Shown: positions 26,614-37,500, numbered from the stretch's first letter. The stretch is DNA of 64,000 bases from Burkholderiales bacterium (GCA_035317085.1 DATHHS010000216.1:4963-68962), one strand, 5' to 3'. Translations and numbers: made by a program. Notes: a model not told the origin generated them from the sequence alone.

Positions 26614-29600
26614 TCAGGCGGCAGCCCGGCGCCCTCTGAGAAACCCGGAGATTTTCTCGATGAGATCGTCTTCCTGGTAGGGCTTGCCGAGGAAGTGACT
26701 GACACCGATCTCTTTCGCGTAGTTCTGGTGCTTGTCCGCGGTGCGCGAGGTGATCATGATGATCGGCACTCCGGTGAGTCGCTTGTCCGCTCTGACGTTC
26801 CGCGTGAGGTCGAACCCGTCCATGCGCGGCATCTCGATGTCGACCAGCATCACGTCGGGAATCGTCGTTTGCAGCTTTTCCATCGCATCGACACCATCGC
26901 GCGCCGTCACCACGAGATAGCCATGGCGCTCGAGCAACCGCCCGGTGACTTTGCGCACGGTGAGCGAGTCGTCGACCACCATGACCGTGGGCTGCGTGGC
27001 CGCGGCCTGCGGCTTGGGGGCTTCGTGGACGATGGCCGGGCGAGCCGCGACTTCCTTCAGCGCGAGCAGCACCGGATTCAGGATGAGCACGATCTCGCCC
27101 GTGCCGAGCACCGTGGCGCCGGTGATGCCTGCGACCCGCTGCAGTTGCGGGCCGATCGACTTCACGACGATTTCCTGGTTGCTGCCGATCATTTCGTCCA
27201 CGTGCAACGCGATGGCGCTGGTGCCGCTGCGCAGGTACAGAGTCGGGGAGAAGCGCTTTTGCTCTGCCACCGCATCGGATGTTCCTAGGAGGTGCGGAAG
27301 GTAGTGGAAGGGGTAATGGCGGTCCTGCCACTGCATCTGGCGCGAAGCATAGGCCGTGACCAGCTGCTCCTGCCTCACCTGCAAGACCTGCTCGACCATC
27401 ACCGAGGGAATCGCGTAAGTCTTGTTGCCCGCCCGCACCAGCACCGTCTGCGTCACGGCAAGCGTCAGCGGCAGATAAATGGTGAAGCGGGTGCCCTGCC
27501 CGTGCGTGAACTTCATCTCCACGCGTCCGCCGAGCGCAGCCACTTCGTTGCGCACCACGTCCATGCCGACGCCGCGTCCTGCGAGTTGCGTGACCTCGGT
27601 CGCGGTGGAGAATCCCGCGTGAAAAATGAAATCGGCAATTTCCGCTTCGGAGAGTGTCGTGTCCGGCGCCATGAGGCCCTTTTCGATCGCCTTCTCGCGG
27701 ATTCGCTCGATGTTCAGGCCTCCGCCGTCGTCGAACAGGGCGAGCTGCACTTCGTTGCCTTCCTGCTTCAGTTCAAGACGTATCTCGCCGATTTCGGCCT
27801 TGCCTGCGGCCCGGCGTTTCTCGGGTGTCTCGATACCGTGCGTGACGGCGTTGCGCAGCAGGTGCTCGAAGGGTCCCGTGATGCGTTCGAGCACCGAGCG
27901 GTCGAGTTCGACCTGGGTGCCTTTGATGTCCAGATTGGCGCGCTTGCCGACTTCCTTCGCTGTCTGGCGCACCACCCGGTAGAGACGCTCCTGGAGGCTG
28001 CCGAACGGGACCATGCGCACGCGCATCAGGTCCTGCTGCAAGTCGCGGTTGAGCCGCGCCTGTGCAAGAAGCGCCTTCTCGGTCTCGTCCACCGAATTGA
28101 CGAGGTTCGCGTGCACGGTCGATACGTCGCTGACGCTTTCGGCCATCAGCCGCGTCACTTCCTGGAATCGGGTGAAGCGGTCGAATTCGAGCGGGTCGAA
28201 CTCCCGCTCCGTTTCCCTGGTGAGTTCCTGGCGCGATTGCATCTGCGACTCGGCCTGTATTTCGATCTCGCGCAGCTGCGCGCGCAAACGCAGGACATTG
28301 TCGGTGAGTTCTTGCATGGCCGACTTGAGCGTGCGCATCTCGCCTTCGATCCGGCTGCGCGCGATAGCCACTTCGCCCGCCTGGTTGACCAGCCGGTCGA
28401 CGACGTCCGCGCGCACGCGCAACACCGCCTTCGGCTGGAGTTCGCGCTCGGACGGCGGCACCACTTTCGCCGCGGGCGCAGGAGCGGCGGGGCCCGGAGC
28501 GACGGGTTCCGCCCGGGCGAGCGCTGCTTCGGGCGTCGCCGGCTGCTCCGGGACGGCGGCGACCGCCGGATTCTGGGGCAGCACCGCCGCGGCCAAGCCT
28601 TCCGCCGGCCCGCGAGGCTTCTGCAACTCCTCGAACAGAAAGCCCATCCGGTCCCAGGACGTTTCCAACTCTTCAAACAAGCTGGTGGGCAGATTCTTGA
28701 CCGCCAGAGCGTTCTCGACGCGCGCCTCGATGTGGTGGGTGAGCTCGCCCAGCGCCATGGCTCCCGCCATGCGCGCGCTTCCCTTCAGGGTGTGCAGCAC
28801 GCGTAGCAAGGCCTGGCCGAGCGCGGGATTCGCAGGAGTATCGCGCCAGTCACGCATGGCCGCGCCCACCGAGGGAACCAGCTCGTGGGCCTCGTCGAGG
28901 AAGATCTGCAACAGTTCCGGGTCGAGGTCATCGTCCAGGCGCCGCTGGCGGCGCTCGAGCGTAAGGTCCAGATCGAGGTCGTCCAGGGGGCTGTCGGCCG
29001 GCTCGGTTGCCGCGAGGTCCTCGCCGATGTCCGCCCCGCGGGAGAGACCGGACGAAGCACGAGCCAGATCTTCATCGGGGGTCGATTCCTGCGGGGCGCC
29101 CCCTTCCTCGCCGATATGTTCGAGCCGCGCAACCAGCTCAGGGACGGGGCGCGGCATGCGCAATTCGATGACGCTCGTCACCATGGTCTCGATCGTGTCG
29201 ATCGCTTCTCCGACCAGCGATTGTTCCTCTTCGGAAAGTCCGCTGGTGGCCAGTTTTTGCAGCGCTTTCTCCAGCGCAAAACCCAGATCCGAGAGGGTCG
29301 AGATCTTTACCGTTCCCGCCGTGCCGGCGAGCGTATGAACGGCGCGCAATAGCGCATCGCTCACCACGCTGTGCTGACGCAGGGTCTCGTGTTCTTCCCG
29401 GATTGCGGAGACGTGCGCCCGGGCTTCACCGACGAAAATGGCGAACAGCGTGGTCGAGACCCGGTGTGCGCCGAGTTGGACGGATTCCTCGGCTTCTCGC
29501 GCCGCGCCCGAGACCGGTATGCGAGCTGCGGCCGTCGCGACGGGCTCGACTGCGGTGGCCAAAGGTGCGATCGGTGCTGGCGCTTGCTCCGGGGTTTCGT

Positions 29601-31989
29601 GCTGCCTTATGCGCTCTGCCGCGGCGACGAGCGCACGTTCGTCGCTCGATACTCCGCCTTCTTTGAGGCTCTTTACGTTGTCGGAAAAATACCCGTGCGC
29701 CAGCTCGATCAACTCCAGCAGTCCCGGCGTCGCGGCGCGCTCCTCCTGCACCCACGCATTCAGGGCCTGCTCCACCGCCCAGGCGGCTTCGCCCAGGCGC
29801 ATCAGACCCACCATGCGACCGCTGCCTTTCAAAGTGTGGAAGCCGCGTCGGATCGTCGTGAGCGCTTCCTGGTTGGCGTGCTGCTCGCGCACGGTATCGA
29901 GGTTCTCGCGGACGGTCGCCAGCACTTCGTCGGCTTCTTCCAGGTAAACGCCGAGCAACTCGGCGTCGACCGTCTCGGCGCTTGCGTCGATGAGTTTGAC
30001 GGCCTCAGGGGAAGGAGCCGGTGTCGTCGCAGCTGTGATTTTTTCCATCGCCTCCTTGAGAAAAGGAGTCAAAGGCATGGTGCTCGTCTTGTCGAGCGCC
30101 TTGAGCGCGTCCTCAGTCGAGGTTTCAAGCTTCTGGTCGGCGACGAGGCCAGCGTCCTTCTGCAAGCTTGCGAGGTTCTTCTGCAGTTCCGCCCGCAGCG
30201 TTACGTCCTCGGGCTTTCTCTTCCACTCCTCATACAGGGTCGCGGTTTCGCGCTGTTGTTCGACGATCTGTTCCTCGACGCTCTCCGCCGGCTGAGCGAG
30301 TTCGGCTTCTTCTTTCTCGGCGGCGGCGATCGGCTGCATCGCAGTGTCAAAATCGGCTTTGCCGTGCGCCAGCGCTTCGATGTAGAAACCCAGACCCGAA
30401 AGGGTCTGCGCGATGCGTTCGAAATCCCGCGGGTCAGCGCTGTAGGTCGCGCTGGAGAAGCGGTTGATCTCTTCTCCCGCGGCCGCGAGAGTTTCCCGAG
30501 CGCGTTCCTCCCCCAGCATCTCGAGCGCCCCCAGCAGCTGGCGCACAGGCTTGTCGAGCGCCTTGAGCTCGTCGCGCCTCGCCGGGTCGCGGAAAAACCC
30601 GTCCAGCACCTGTTCGATGATGCGCAGGTTGGCCTGCAATTCCGAGACAACTTGGTTCATGAGCAGCCGTTCCTGCGCCTTGCGCGACATTTCGTCGAGC
30701 ATGGGGATTTCCGGCGGCGTCCGCTTGAGCTTGCCGAGCACGCAGTCCTTCAAGCGCGAACACAGAAGCTGCGCCTGCTGGGAAAACTCGTCCGAGAGAC
30801 TCGCAAAACTCAAAAGCGCATTTTCGAGCAACAGGAGCACCGTTGCGATTTCGAGCGCGACCGCTTCGCTCATTCTCTCGCGGTCCGACGTAAGCCAGTC
30901 GGCGAGCACCGCGACCTCGTAGGTTAGGGCCGAAAGATCCGCATTGCCGAGTTGCGCTGAGCTCTCCTTGAGCGCCACGGCGCTCTCGCGAAATACGGGG
31001 AGCGATTGCGAATTCCCGGAGGCGAACTTGTCCCAGGCGTCCTTCGCGTGGCCCAAGTGCTCGCGCGCCGATTTCAGCGCCGGCATTTCCTCGTCCGTGC
31101 CGCCGTCGCCTTTGGCAGCCGGGATAGTCTGGTCCAGATGGTAGGCTTCCTGAACCTCGCGCACGCGCTCGGTCGCCGGCTCGGCGCGAGCCACGTAGTA
31201 GAGGACTTCGCGCATCAGCCGTTCTGCGACGCTCGGCGTGCCTTCAACCAGGCGCTTGATCTGCTGTTCGATACGGTTGCACAACTGCTTCGCATCCAGG
31301 TCCTGGGGCAACGCCTTGTGCGCGAGCGCGTCGAAGAAGGCGAGCGATACCCACCAGAAGACGCGCTGCGAGGTAGGACCCTGCACGGCCTCGATCGCTT
31401 CGATGGCGGCGCGCATGTCCTCGGCTCCGCTGGCATCCTTCTTAATCCACTTGAGGAATCCGCGCTGGTAGCGGCTGCGCTGTTCGCGCAGGTATTTCTC
31501 CGCGTCGGCCGCCTTCAACGGGGCCTGGGTCTTGTCCCGCTTGGGCGGACGGAATGACAGCTCCGGATAGTAAAGATCGGTTGCGTCCGCCTGACCTCCC
31601 CGCGCCGTGACGACATCCCGGTACAGGGGATAGAGTCTGAGCGGCTGATTGGGGTTGCCCGCCATCAACTGATCGAGGTAGGCGAGGATGCCGTTGAGCG
31701 CTCGTTCGACGAGCACGAAGATCTCGGCTTTCCTGAGCGAGGCCTCCTTCTCTATCCCCACGAGAAGGCTCTCGATCTCCTCGGAAACGCGTGTGACGCC
31801 GTCCAGCCCGACGATAGACAGCGCCCCGTGCGCCTGGTGCAGGTGCGATTGGCTCGACTTGAGTTGCGCGGCATCCGCGTTGTTCGCCGCAAACGCCCGG
31901 AGCGCCTCCTGGGCTCGCTGGATGGCGTGGTCGATCTCGCCTTTGACCCAGGAGAGCGGACCGACGTCGAATTCGGCGCGTGCGGTCAT
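26614..31989 (-). CDS. chpA: ChpA/PilL-type hybrid CheA histidine kinase of the Pil-Chp system (multiple Hpt, dimerisation, HATPase, CheW, C-terminal REC)
   Basis: Hpt signatures LHQAHGALSIVG, FHTLKGSGRMVG, VHTLAGTAGTV and LHTLKGSARMAG. Kinase core HLLRNAVTHGIE...DDGGGLN...GRGVGMDVV. CheW-like block, then receiver VMVVDDSLTVRK...DIEMPRMDG...KP. 1791 aa. Confidence 0.9.
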   Translation of the reverse strand: MTARAEFDVGPLSWVKGEIDHAIQRAQEALRAFAANNADAAQLKSSQSHLHQAHGALSIVGLDGVTRVSEEIESLLVGIEKEASLRKAEIFVLVERALNGILAYLDQLMAGNPNQPLRLYPLYRDVVTARGGQADATDLYYPELSFRPPKRDKTQAPLKAADAEKYLREQRSRYQRGFLKWIKKDASGAEDMRAAIEAIEAVQGPTSQRVFWWVSLAFFDALAHKALPQDLDAKQLCNRIEQQIKRLVEGTPSVAERLMREVLYYVARAEPATERVREVQEAYHLDQTIPAAKGDGGTDEEMPALKSAREHLGHAKDAWDKFASGNSQSLPVFRESAVALKESSAQLGNADLSALTYEVAVLADWLTSDRERMSEAVALEIATVLLLLENALLSFASLSDEFSQQAQLLCSRLKDCVLGKLKRTPPEIPMLDEMSRKAQERLLMNQVVSELQANLRIIEQVLDGFFRDPARRDELKALDKPVRQLLGALEMLGEERARETLAAAGEEINRFSSATYSADPRDFERIAQTLSGLGFYIEALAHGKADFDTAMQPIAAAEKEEAELAQPAESVEEQIVEQQRETATLYEEWKRKPEDVTLRAELQKNLASLQKDAGLVADQKLETSTEDALKALDKTSTMPLTPFLKEAMEKITAATTPAPSPEAVKLIDASAETVDAELLGVYLEEADEVLATVRENLDTVREQHANQEALTTIRRGFHTLKGSGRMVGLMRLGEAAWAVEQALNAWVQEERAATPGLLELIELAHGYFSDNVKSLKEGGVSSDERALVAAAERIRQHETPEQAPAPIAPLATAVEPVATAAARIPVSGAAREAEESVQLGAHRVSTTLFAIFVGEARAHVSAIREEHETLRQHSVVSDALLRAVHTLAGTAGTVKISTLSDLGFALEKALQKLATSGLSEEEQSLVGEAIDTIETMVTSVIELRMPRPVPELVARLEHIGEEGGAPQESTPDEDLARASSGLSRGADIGEDLAATEPADSPLDDLDLDLTLERRQRRLDDDLDPELLQIFLDEAHELVPSVGAAMRDWRDTPANPALGQALLRVLHTLKGSARMAGAMALGELTHHIEARVENALAVKNLPTSLFEELETSWDRMGFLFEELQKPRGPAEGLAAAVLPQNPAVAAVPEQPATPEAALARAEPVAPGPAAPAPAAKVVPPSERELQPKAVLRVRADVVDRLVNQAGEVAIARSRIEGEMRTLKSAMQELTDNVLRLRAQLREIEIQAESQMQSRQELTRETEREFDPLEFDRFTRFQEVTRLMAESVSDVSTVHANLVNSVDETEKALLAQARLNRDLQQDLMRVRMVPFGSLQERLYRVVRQTAKEVGKRANLDIKGTQVELDRSVLERITGPFEHLLRNAVTHGIETPEKRRAAGKAEIGEIRLELKQEGNEVQLALFDDGGGLNIERIREKAIEKGLMAPDTTLSEAEIADFIFHAGFSTATEVTQLAGRGVGMDVVRNEVAALGGRVEMKFTHGQGTRFTIYLPLTLAVTQTVLVRAGNKTYAIPSVMVEQVLQVRQEQLVTAYASRQMQWQDRHYPFHYLPHLLGTSDAVAEQKRFSPTLYLRSGTSAIALHVDEMIGSNQEIVVKSIGPQLQRVAGITGATVLGTGEIVLILNPVLLALKEVAARPAIVHEAPKPQAAATQPTVMVVDDSLTVRKVTGRLLERHGYLVVTARDGVDAMEKLQTTIPDVMLVDIEMPRMDGFDLTRNVRADKRLTGVPIIMITSRTADKHQNYAKEIGVSHFLGKPYQEDDLIEKISGFLRGRRAAA

Positions 31990-32013
31990 TGCTGCCTGCC
32001 TAGTCGGCCCGCC

Positions 32014-34200
32014 TCACGCAATCTTGAAGCCGGACACCGACCCTTTCAGCTCCTTGGCGAGCTCGGCAAGCTGGCCGATGGACACTGCGGTGCGCTTGGT
32101 GCCTTCGGTGGTCTGCTGAGTGATGTTGAGGATGTCCTGCATGCTGGTGGCCACTTCATTTGCGGATTTCGCCTGCTGTACGGTCGTTGACGTGATGCCC
32201 TCGATCAGCTGCGAGAGCTGCTGGGACACCGTCCCGATCTCCGAGAGCGCCTGGCCTGCGGCGTCCGAGAGCTTCGCACCTTCGACCACACCCTGAGTGC
32301 TTTTCTCCATCGCCGAAACCGCGTCCTGCGTGTCCGTCTGAATGGTCTTTACGATCGCACCGATCTGCTTGGTTGCTTCGGCCGAGCGCTCTGCGAGGCG
32401 CTGCACTTCTTCCGCCACGACCGTGAAGCCGCGTCCGGCTTCGCCGGCGGAGGCTGCCTGGATCGCAGCATTCAGGGCGAGCACGTTCGTCTGCTCGGTA
32501 ATGTCGGAGATCAACTCCACAATTTCGCCGATTTCCTGTGAGGATTCACCCAGGCGCTTGATACGCTTGGACGTCTCCTGGATCTGCTCGCGGATCTCGT
32601 TCATGCCCGAGATCGAGTTCTGTACCGCCTGCGTGCCTTTTTGCGCGGCTGCAAGGGATTGGCGCGCCACGCCCGCCGACTGCGACGCACTCACCGACAT
32701 CTCGTTCATCGCCCTTGCCATGCTCAGGACCGAAGCACTGGTCTGGCGAATCTCGACGGACTGTTTTTCCGCGGCGGCGAGCAGCTGCGCGGAAGTCTTC
32801 TGGGCGGACTCCGTGGCGGTCGTTACCTGTGCGGCGGTGGCATTGATACGGCCGACCAGGCCTCGGAGCTCGTCGATGGTGAAGTTCACCGAGTCCGCAA
32901 TGGCGCCGGTGATCTCCTCGGTTACCGTTGCCTTGACGGTGAGATCACCTTCGGCAAGGTTTCCCATTTCGTTCATCAGACGCAGAATTGAGTCCTGGTT
33001 CGACCGGTTGGTGCGCTCGGTCTCGGCGCGCTGGCCCTCGGCCTCTTCGGCGCGCCGGCGGGTGTCGCTGAGGTACACCAGCACGAAGAGCGCGATGACG
33101 CCGATGGCGAGCAGGATCAGCACGGCGAGCACGATGAAGTTGGTGGTTCGCGCGCCGAGTTCCTCTTCATAGGCATCGGCGAGTTTCTGGGACGCCGCGA
33201 GCAGGGCCTCAGAGTCGTCCACGACCCTGCGACCCGCCTGCTTGGCATTCACCAACGACTGCAGGTTACCGAGAATCGAGGCCACGGCAGTCTGGAATTC
33301 CTGGAAAGCCTTCTCAAGTTCGCCAAGCTTGGCCTGCTGCTCGGGGTCCTTCGCAGCGGTGACGCGAAGCACGTCACTGCCCTTGATCAAGCCCTGCAGA
33401 ATTTCGCGAAAGCTGGTGGTGTCCTTTCCCATGAGAAAAGCCACTTCCGGGTCGATCACATCGGCACCGAGCATGGCATTCGCGTTCCGCGCGAGCCGCT
33501 GCGTCAACATGACCAGCTGGCCGGAGAGGGACACCTCGCGCGCGGATGCCTGGGATTGCAGCTTGAGCGCCTGAACCTGCTCGGCGAGGTCAAGCAACAC
33601 CGGGTTGTTGGTGTTGATCAGGCGCACCGCCGAGGCAAGACCGATAAGATTCTTGGCCTCCGTAAGTACCAGTTGCGTGCTGCGATCGGTTTTTTCCCAT
33701 TCTTTGGTCAACGCATCGAGCTTCGGTTTTACCGTGCTGGAGGTCGGCGGCAGGGTAACGTCACCCACCTGCCCGCCCTGAGCGAGCAGTTTCAGGGCCG
33801 CGATGAACTGGTCCCGAGACTGCTGTAACTGCTTGAACGCCTCAGGGCTGCCGATAAGCCCGGTTTGCGCCGCCTTCGCGATGCGCTGAGTCAACATGCG
33901 CATCTGCGCCGAGGTAGAGACGTAGATCGTTCCGTAGGTGGCCTCGCGGCTGTCCTTGAACACGATGTATGCGGCAGCGATGAATAGCACCGCTAAGATC
34001 GCACCGAGAATCGTGTACTGCCGGCCGACCCGGATCGCGCCCAAGCCGACCATCCGCCGCTTCGGCCCCTCCATAACCGTCGTTGGACCGGGTGCGAGTT
34101 TGTTGGCCACGATCCGGGGTGCAGCCTTCGGCAACGGCCTTGGGCCCTGCGATGCGGGAGCCGCACCTTTTTTGTTGACTGGTAGTCTGAGAAAAGCCAT
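32014..34200 (-). CDS. pilJ: Methyl-accepting chemotaxis protein PilJ
   Basis: N-terminal TM helix plus a PilJ-type sensor region, a second TM helix, then the MCP signalling domain with the conserved hairpin [38 protein letters not shown]. 728 aa. Confidence 0.9.
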   Translation of the reverse strand: MAFLRLPVNKKGAAPASQGPRPLPKAAPRIVANKLAPGPTTVMEGPKRRMVGLGAIRVGRQYTILGAILAVLFIAAAYIVFKDSREATYGTIYVSTSAQMRMLTQRIAKAAQTGLIGSPEAFKQLQQSRDQFIAALKLLAQGGQVGDVTLPPTSSTVKPKLDALTKEWEKTDRSTQLVLTEAKNLIGLASAVRLINTNNPVLLDLAEQVQALKLQSQASAREVSLSGQLVMLTQRLARNANAMLGADVIDPEVAFLMGKDTTSFREILQGLIKGSDVLRVTAAKDPEQQAKLGELEKAFQEFQTAVASILGNLQSLVNAKQAGRRVVDDSEALLAASQKLADAYEEELGARTTNFIVLAVLILLAIGVIALFVLVYLSDTRRRAEEAEGQRAETERTNRSNQDSILRLMNEMGNLAEGDLTVKATVTEEITGAIADSVNFTIDELRGLVGRINATAAQVTTATESAQKTSAQLLAAAEKQSVEIRQTSASVLSMARAMNEMSVSASQSAGVARQSLAAAQKGTQAVQNSISGMNEIREQIQETSKRIKRLGESSQEIGEIVELISDITEQTNVLALNAAIQAASAGEAGRGFTVVAEEVQRLAERSAEATKQIGAIVKTIQTDTQDAVSAMEKSTQGVVEGAKLSDAAGQALSEIGTVSQQLSQLIEGITSTTVQQAKSANEVATSMQDILNITQQTTEGTKRTAVSIGQLAELAKELKGSVSGFKIA

Positions 34201-34236
34201 TAGCCCCTCCTGTGTTCGGGTTGCAGCCGGCGTGCG

Positions 34237-34746
34237 CTAGGCGCCGACATTAAGAAAATCATCGTGCGAGACGAGGGCGCCGACGTTCAACTCCTGCCAA
34301 ATACGGCCGTCCTCGTCGCGATAGGCGGCATCGATCCAGGCCCGGTCGGTCCCTTCCTCCGCCGGTTGCATCGTCTGCACGTTTTTCAGCCCCAGCATGC
34401 GGCCGATCAACAATCCGCTGAACGAATGGAAGCGATCGGCGATCAGCAACAGGCGGCAATCGGGCGTGCGAACCGTCTGCTCCCCTCCCATGAACGCCGA
34501 AAAATCCACCACGCTCGAGAGTACTCCACGGATGTTCGCCAGACCCGTATACCAGGGCTTGGTGAGCGGGACGCTTGAGATCTCCGGCAGCGGCAACATC
34601 TCACCGGCGTCGTCGAGCTTGAGCAGCCAGTGACGGCTGCCGGCCTGCACGCCCAGCCGCGAGGTAGGCTCGGCTTCGGTCTGGGCCTCACGCAACCTCT
34701 GCGCGAGCCCTTGCTGAAAGTCACGCAGGCTGAGTTGTTTTGCCAC
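34237..34746 (-). CDS. pilI: CheW-like coupling protein PilI
   Basis: CheW domain (VPLTKPWYTGLANIRGVLSSVVDFSAF...LLIADR). Located between pilH and pilJ. Confidence 0.85.
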   Translation of the reverse strand: MAKQLSLRDFQQGLAQRLREAQTEAEPTSRLGVQAGSRHWLLKLDDAGEMLPLPEISSVPLTKPWYTGLANIRGVLSSVVDFSAFMGGEQTVRTPDCRLLLIADRFHSFSGLLIGRMLGLKNVQTMQPAEEGTDRAWIDAAYRDEDGRIWQELNVGALVSHDDFLNVGA

Positions 34747-34755
34747 GGCATGGGC

Positions 34756-35121
34756 CTATTTGATCGCCGCAATCTTCGCCAGCAAGTCTTTGGCGTCGAT
34801 CGGCTTCGTCAGGTAGTCCTTCGCGCCTTGGCGCATGCCCCAGACGCGATCGGTTTCCTGGTTCTTGCTGGTGACGACAATCACCGGAATATGCTTGGTC
34901 GCCTCGTCGCGGGTAATCGCGCGTGTCGCCTGGAAGCCGTTGGTGCCCGGCATCACCACGTCCATCAGGATGAGGTCGGGCTTTTCCGATTTCGATTTCA
35001 CGATCGCCTCGTCGCCATTTTCCGCCGTCACACACTGGTAGCCCTGCTTGGACAGTGTTTCCATGAAAAACTGCCGGTCGGTCGGCGAATCATCCACGAT
35101 CAGAATCTTCTTTACGGCCAT
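34756..35121 (-). CDS. pilH: CheY-like response regulator PilH
   Basis: MAVKKILIVDDSPTDRQ...DLILMDVVMPGTNGF...VVTSK...KP. ATG 35121 is preceded by a perfect AAGGAGG. Confidence 0.88.
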   Translation of the reverse strand: MAVKKILIVDDSPTDRQFFMETLSKQGYQCVTAENGDEAIVKSKSEKPDLILMDVVMPGTNGFQATRAITRDEATKHIPVIVVTSKNQETDRVWGMRQGAKDYLTKPIDAKDLLAKIAAIK

Positions 35122-35131
35122 GGCAACCTCC

Positions 35132-35527
35132 TTAGGTGCGAACAGGCGCATGCGCGCCTACGGTCTTCAAAAGACTGTCCTTCGTAAAGGGCTTGGTCAG
35201 ATACTCGTCCGAGCCCACCATTCGACCGCGCGCGCGGTCGAACAAGCCGTCCTTGGAGGACAGCATGATCACCGGTGTAGTAGCGAAGCGCGTGTTCTTC
35301 TTGATCAGCGCACAGGTCTGATAACCGTCCAGGCGCGGCATCATGATGTCCACGAAAACGATGTTGGGCTGATGATCGGTGATCTTGGCGAGCGCATCGA
35401 AGCCGTCTTCGGCCAGGATCACTTTGCAGCCGGCTTGAACCAGGAAAATCTCGGCGCTGCGGCGGATGGTGTTTGAATCGTCGATCACCATGACCTTGAC
35501 GCCAGCAAGATTCGCCGTTTCGCCCAC
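35132..35527 (-). CDS. pilG: CheY-like response regulator PilG
   Basis: VKVMVIDDSNTIRRSAEIFL...NIVFVDIMMPRLDGYQTCALIK...MLSSKDG...YLTKPF. Confidence 0.88.
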   Translation of the reverse strand: MGETANLAGVKVMVIDDSNTIRRSAEIFLVQAGCKVILAEDGFDALAKITDHQPNIVFVDIMMPRLDGYQTCALIKKNTRFATTPVIMLSSKDGLFDRARGRMVGSDEYLTKPFTKDSLLKTVGAHAPVRT

Positions 35528-35758
35528 GCGCTACCCCCAACAAATTTCGTTGTCTCCTATCCCGACAGTTTCGTCGGACCCCTCCCTATAACCGCAGGCT
35601 CAGCACCACCCTCTAGCCTTTCTTGCACTATACAACCAAATCCAGTTAAAACAAAGCCTTGTGCAGCGTATTTCATAAGCGCCCTCAGGATCAGCCAAGC
35701 CGCCCTCAGGCTACCCTTGAACGCGTCCCCTGGATACAGCAGGGCGCGTGCCCGAAAT

Positions 35759-35941
35759 TCAAAGTTCGACCATCTCGAAATCCTCCCTTCGGGCACCGCA
35801 TTCAGGACAGGTCCAGTTCATCGGCACGTCTTCCCAACGTGTCCCTGGGGGGATTCCCTCCTCGGGGATGCCTGCAGCTTCGTCGTACACGAAGCCGCAG
35901 ATCAGACACATCCAAGTTTTGAAATCTTGCTTTTCCGTCAT
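35759..35941 (-). CDS. Rubredoxin
   Basis: [12 protein letters not shown]...[14 protein letters not shown] has two CxxCG knuckles. 60 aa from ATG 35941. Confidence 0.9.
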   Translation of the reverse strand: MTEKQDFKTWMCLICGFVYDEAAGIPEEGIPPGTRWEDVPMNWTCPECGARREDFEMVEL

Positions 35942-35960
35942 CAGGTTGGGATGAGTTACA

Positions 35961-36863
35961 ATGAGTTCTTGCATCATAACCCGAGCGGCGAGCCACCTGC
36001 CAGCCGCCGGCTTCCCCACGCCCATGTCCTCCCATGCCCTTCCTCCCATCGTGCTCGCATTTGCCGCGACCGATCCGACGGGAGGTGCCGGGATTCAGGC
36101 AGATCTGCTGACGCTCGCCTCGATGGGCTGCCACGCGCTCTCCGTTATCACGGCAATCACCGTTCAGGACACGGCAGGCGTCGAAAATTTCCAGGCGGTG
36201 GATGCCGATTGGGTCGTGGACCAGGCCCGGTTGGTACTTGAGGACATGCCGATCGCGGCGTTCAAGGTGGGGCTGGTCGGCAGTATCGAAAACGTAGCCG
36301 CTATCGCAGAAGTCGTGTCTGACTATCCCGACGTACCGCTTATTTTCGACCCGGTGCTTGCTTCCGGGCGCGGAGACGAGTTGGCAACAGAGGATATGAT
36401 TTCCGCAATGTGCGAGCTGCTGCTGCCCCAGACAACGATTCTTACCCCGAACAGTCGCGAAGCGCGGCGTCTCGCCCAGGGTGACGGCGAAGACGGCGAA
36501 GAGTTCGCTCTCGCCGTGGCGGCAGAAAAGCTCATCGGCCTGGGCTGCGAGTACGTGCTCATCACGGGCACGCACGAGAACACACCGCAAGTAGTGAATA
36601 CCCTCTACGGTCCGCAAGGTGTGGTGCGCTCGGACAACTGGGAGAGGTTGCCGGGAAGCTACCATGGCTCGGGCTGTACGCTTGCGGCAGCGATCGCGGC
36701 GACGTTAGCCAACGGCCTGGAGCTGCCCGACGCCGTGCGCGAAGCCCAGGAGTACACCTGGCAAACGCTCAATGCCGGTTTTCGTCCAGGTATGGGCCAG
36801 CACATACCGGATCGCTTTTTCTGGGCGCGGGAAATGGATGAGCCGGGCGCTGGCAAGGCCTGA
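35961..36863 (+). CDS. thiD: Hydroxymethylpyrimidine / phosphomethylpyrimidine kinase
   Basis: [42 protein letters not shown]...PVLASGRGD...[12 protein letters not shown]. The start is uncertain: ATG 35961 or ATG 36024. Confidence 0.88.
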   Translation: MSSCIITRAASHLPAAGFPTPMSSHALPPIVLAFAATDPTGGAGIQADLLTLASMGCHALSVITAITVQDTAGVENFQAVDADWVVDQARLVLEDMPIAAFKVGLVGSIENVAAIAEVVSDYPDVPLIFDPVLASGRGDELATEDMISAMCELLLPQTTILTPNSREARRLAQGDGEDGEEFALAVAAEKLIGLGCEYVLITGTHENTPQVVNTLYGPQGVVRSDNWERLPGSYHGSGCTLAAAIAATLANGLELPDAVREAQEYTWQTLNAGFRPGMGQHIPDRFFWAREMDEPGAGKA

Positions 36864-37500
36864 GCGGTTCGTGGGTCCGCTGACAGCGTTTCGCGGGTTG
36901 TATGCCGTGACACCTGACGAACCCGAAATCGAGGTGCTGACGCTAAAAGTACGCAAAGCGCTTGCGGGTGGAGCACGCTTCGTTCAATACCGCAACAAAT
37001 CGGCGAGCGCCGGACAGCGTCGCGAGCAAGGCGCCGCACTGCTCGCACTGTGTCGCCGGGCGGGTATTCCGCTCATCGTCAACGACGATCTGGAGTTGGC
37101 ACTCGCGATCGGCGCGGACGGCCTGCATCTTGGACGCGAGGATACCGATATTGCCGGCGCACGCACTACGCTTGGCAAAGGCAGGCTTCTGGGGGCTTCC
37201 TGCTACGACAGTCTCCAGCTCGCTATCGCGGCGCGCCAGGCGGGCGCAGACTACGTCGCTTTCGGCAGCGCTTTTCTCTCCGCAACGAAACCAAGGGCAA
37301 CTCGCGCACCGCTGTCGCTTTACCGCGAGGCGAAGGCGCGTCTGGATTCTCCGGTGGTCGCGATCGGGGGCGTCACGATCGAAAACGCGCACACCGTAAT
37401 CGAGGCGGGCGCCGATGCCGTCGCTGTAATCAGCGCCTTGTTCGATGCGCCCGATATCGAACGCCGCGCACGGGAATTCGCGAGGATTTTTCAGCGCTGA
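36838..37500 (+). CDS. thiE: Thiamine-phosphate synthase
   Basis: GLYAVTPDEP...GGARFVQYRNK...LIVNDDLELALAIGADGLHLGRED...GADYVAFGSAF...VAIGGV. ATG 36838 overlaps the thiD 3' end by 26 nt. Confidence 0.88.
   Translation: MSRALARPERFVGPLTAFRGLYAVTPDEPEIEVLTLKVRKALAGGARFVQYRNKSASAGQRREQGAALLALCRRAGIPLIVNDDLELALAIGADGLHLGREDTDIAGARTTLGKGRLLGASCYDSLQLAIAARQAGADYVAFGSAFLSATKPRATRAPLSLYREAKARLDSPVVAIGGVTIENAHTVIEAGADAVAVISALFDAPDIERRAREFARIFQR

Noticed and set aside
25979-27331. Upstream part of the 602-aa minus-strand ORF (25523-27331)
   Set aside because: Only the last ~151 codons give a YqgF/RuvX sequence. The rest overlaps yqgE and the chpA 3' end in other frames and translates to R/G/P-rich nonsense.
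35545-35758. Repeated GCCCTCAGG motif and the 79-aa ORF in the pilG upstream region
   Set aside because: The two 9-mers are short enough to occur by chance. The ORF has no RBS or recognisable sequence. The region is most simply the pilG promoter and leader.
35942-36023. TPP riboswitch upstream of thiD-thiE
   Set aside because: Only 19 nt separate the divergent rubredoxin start from the first possible thiD start. There is no room for a THI element of about 100 nt, and no CTGAGA box was seen.
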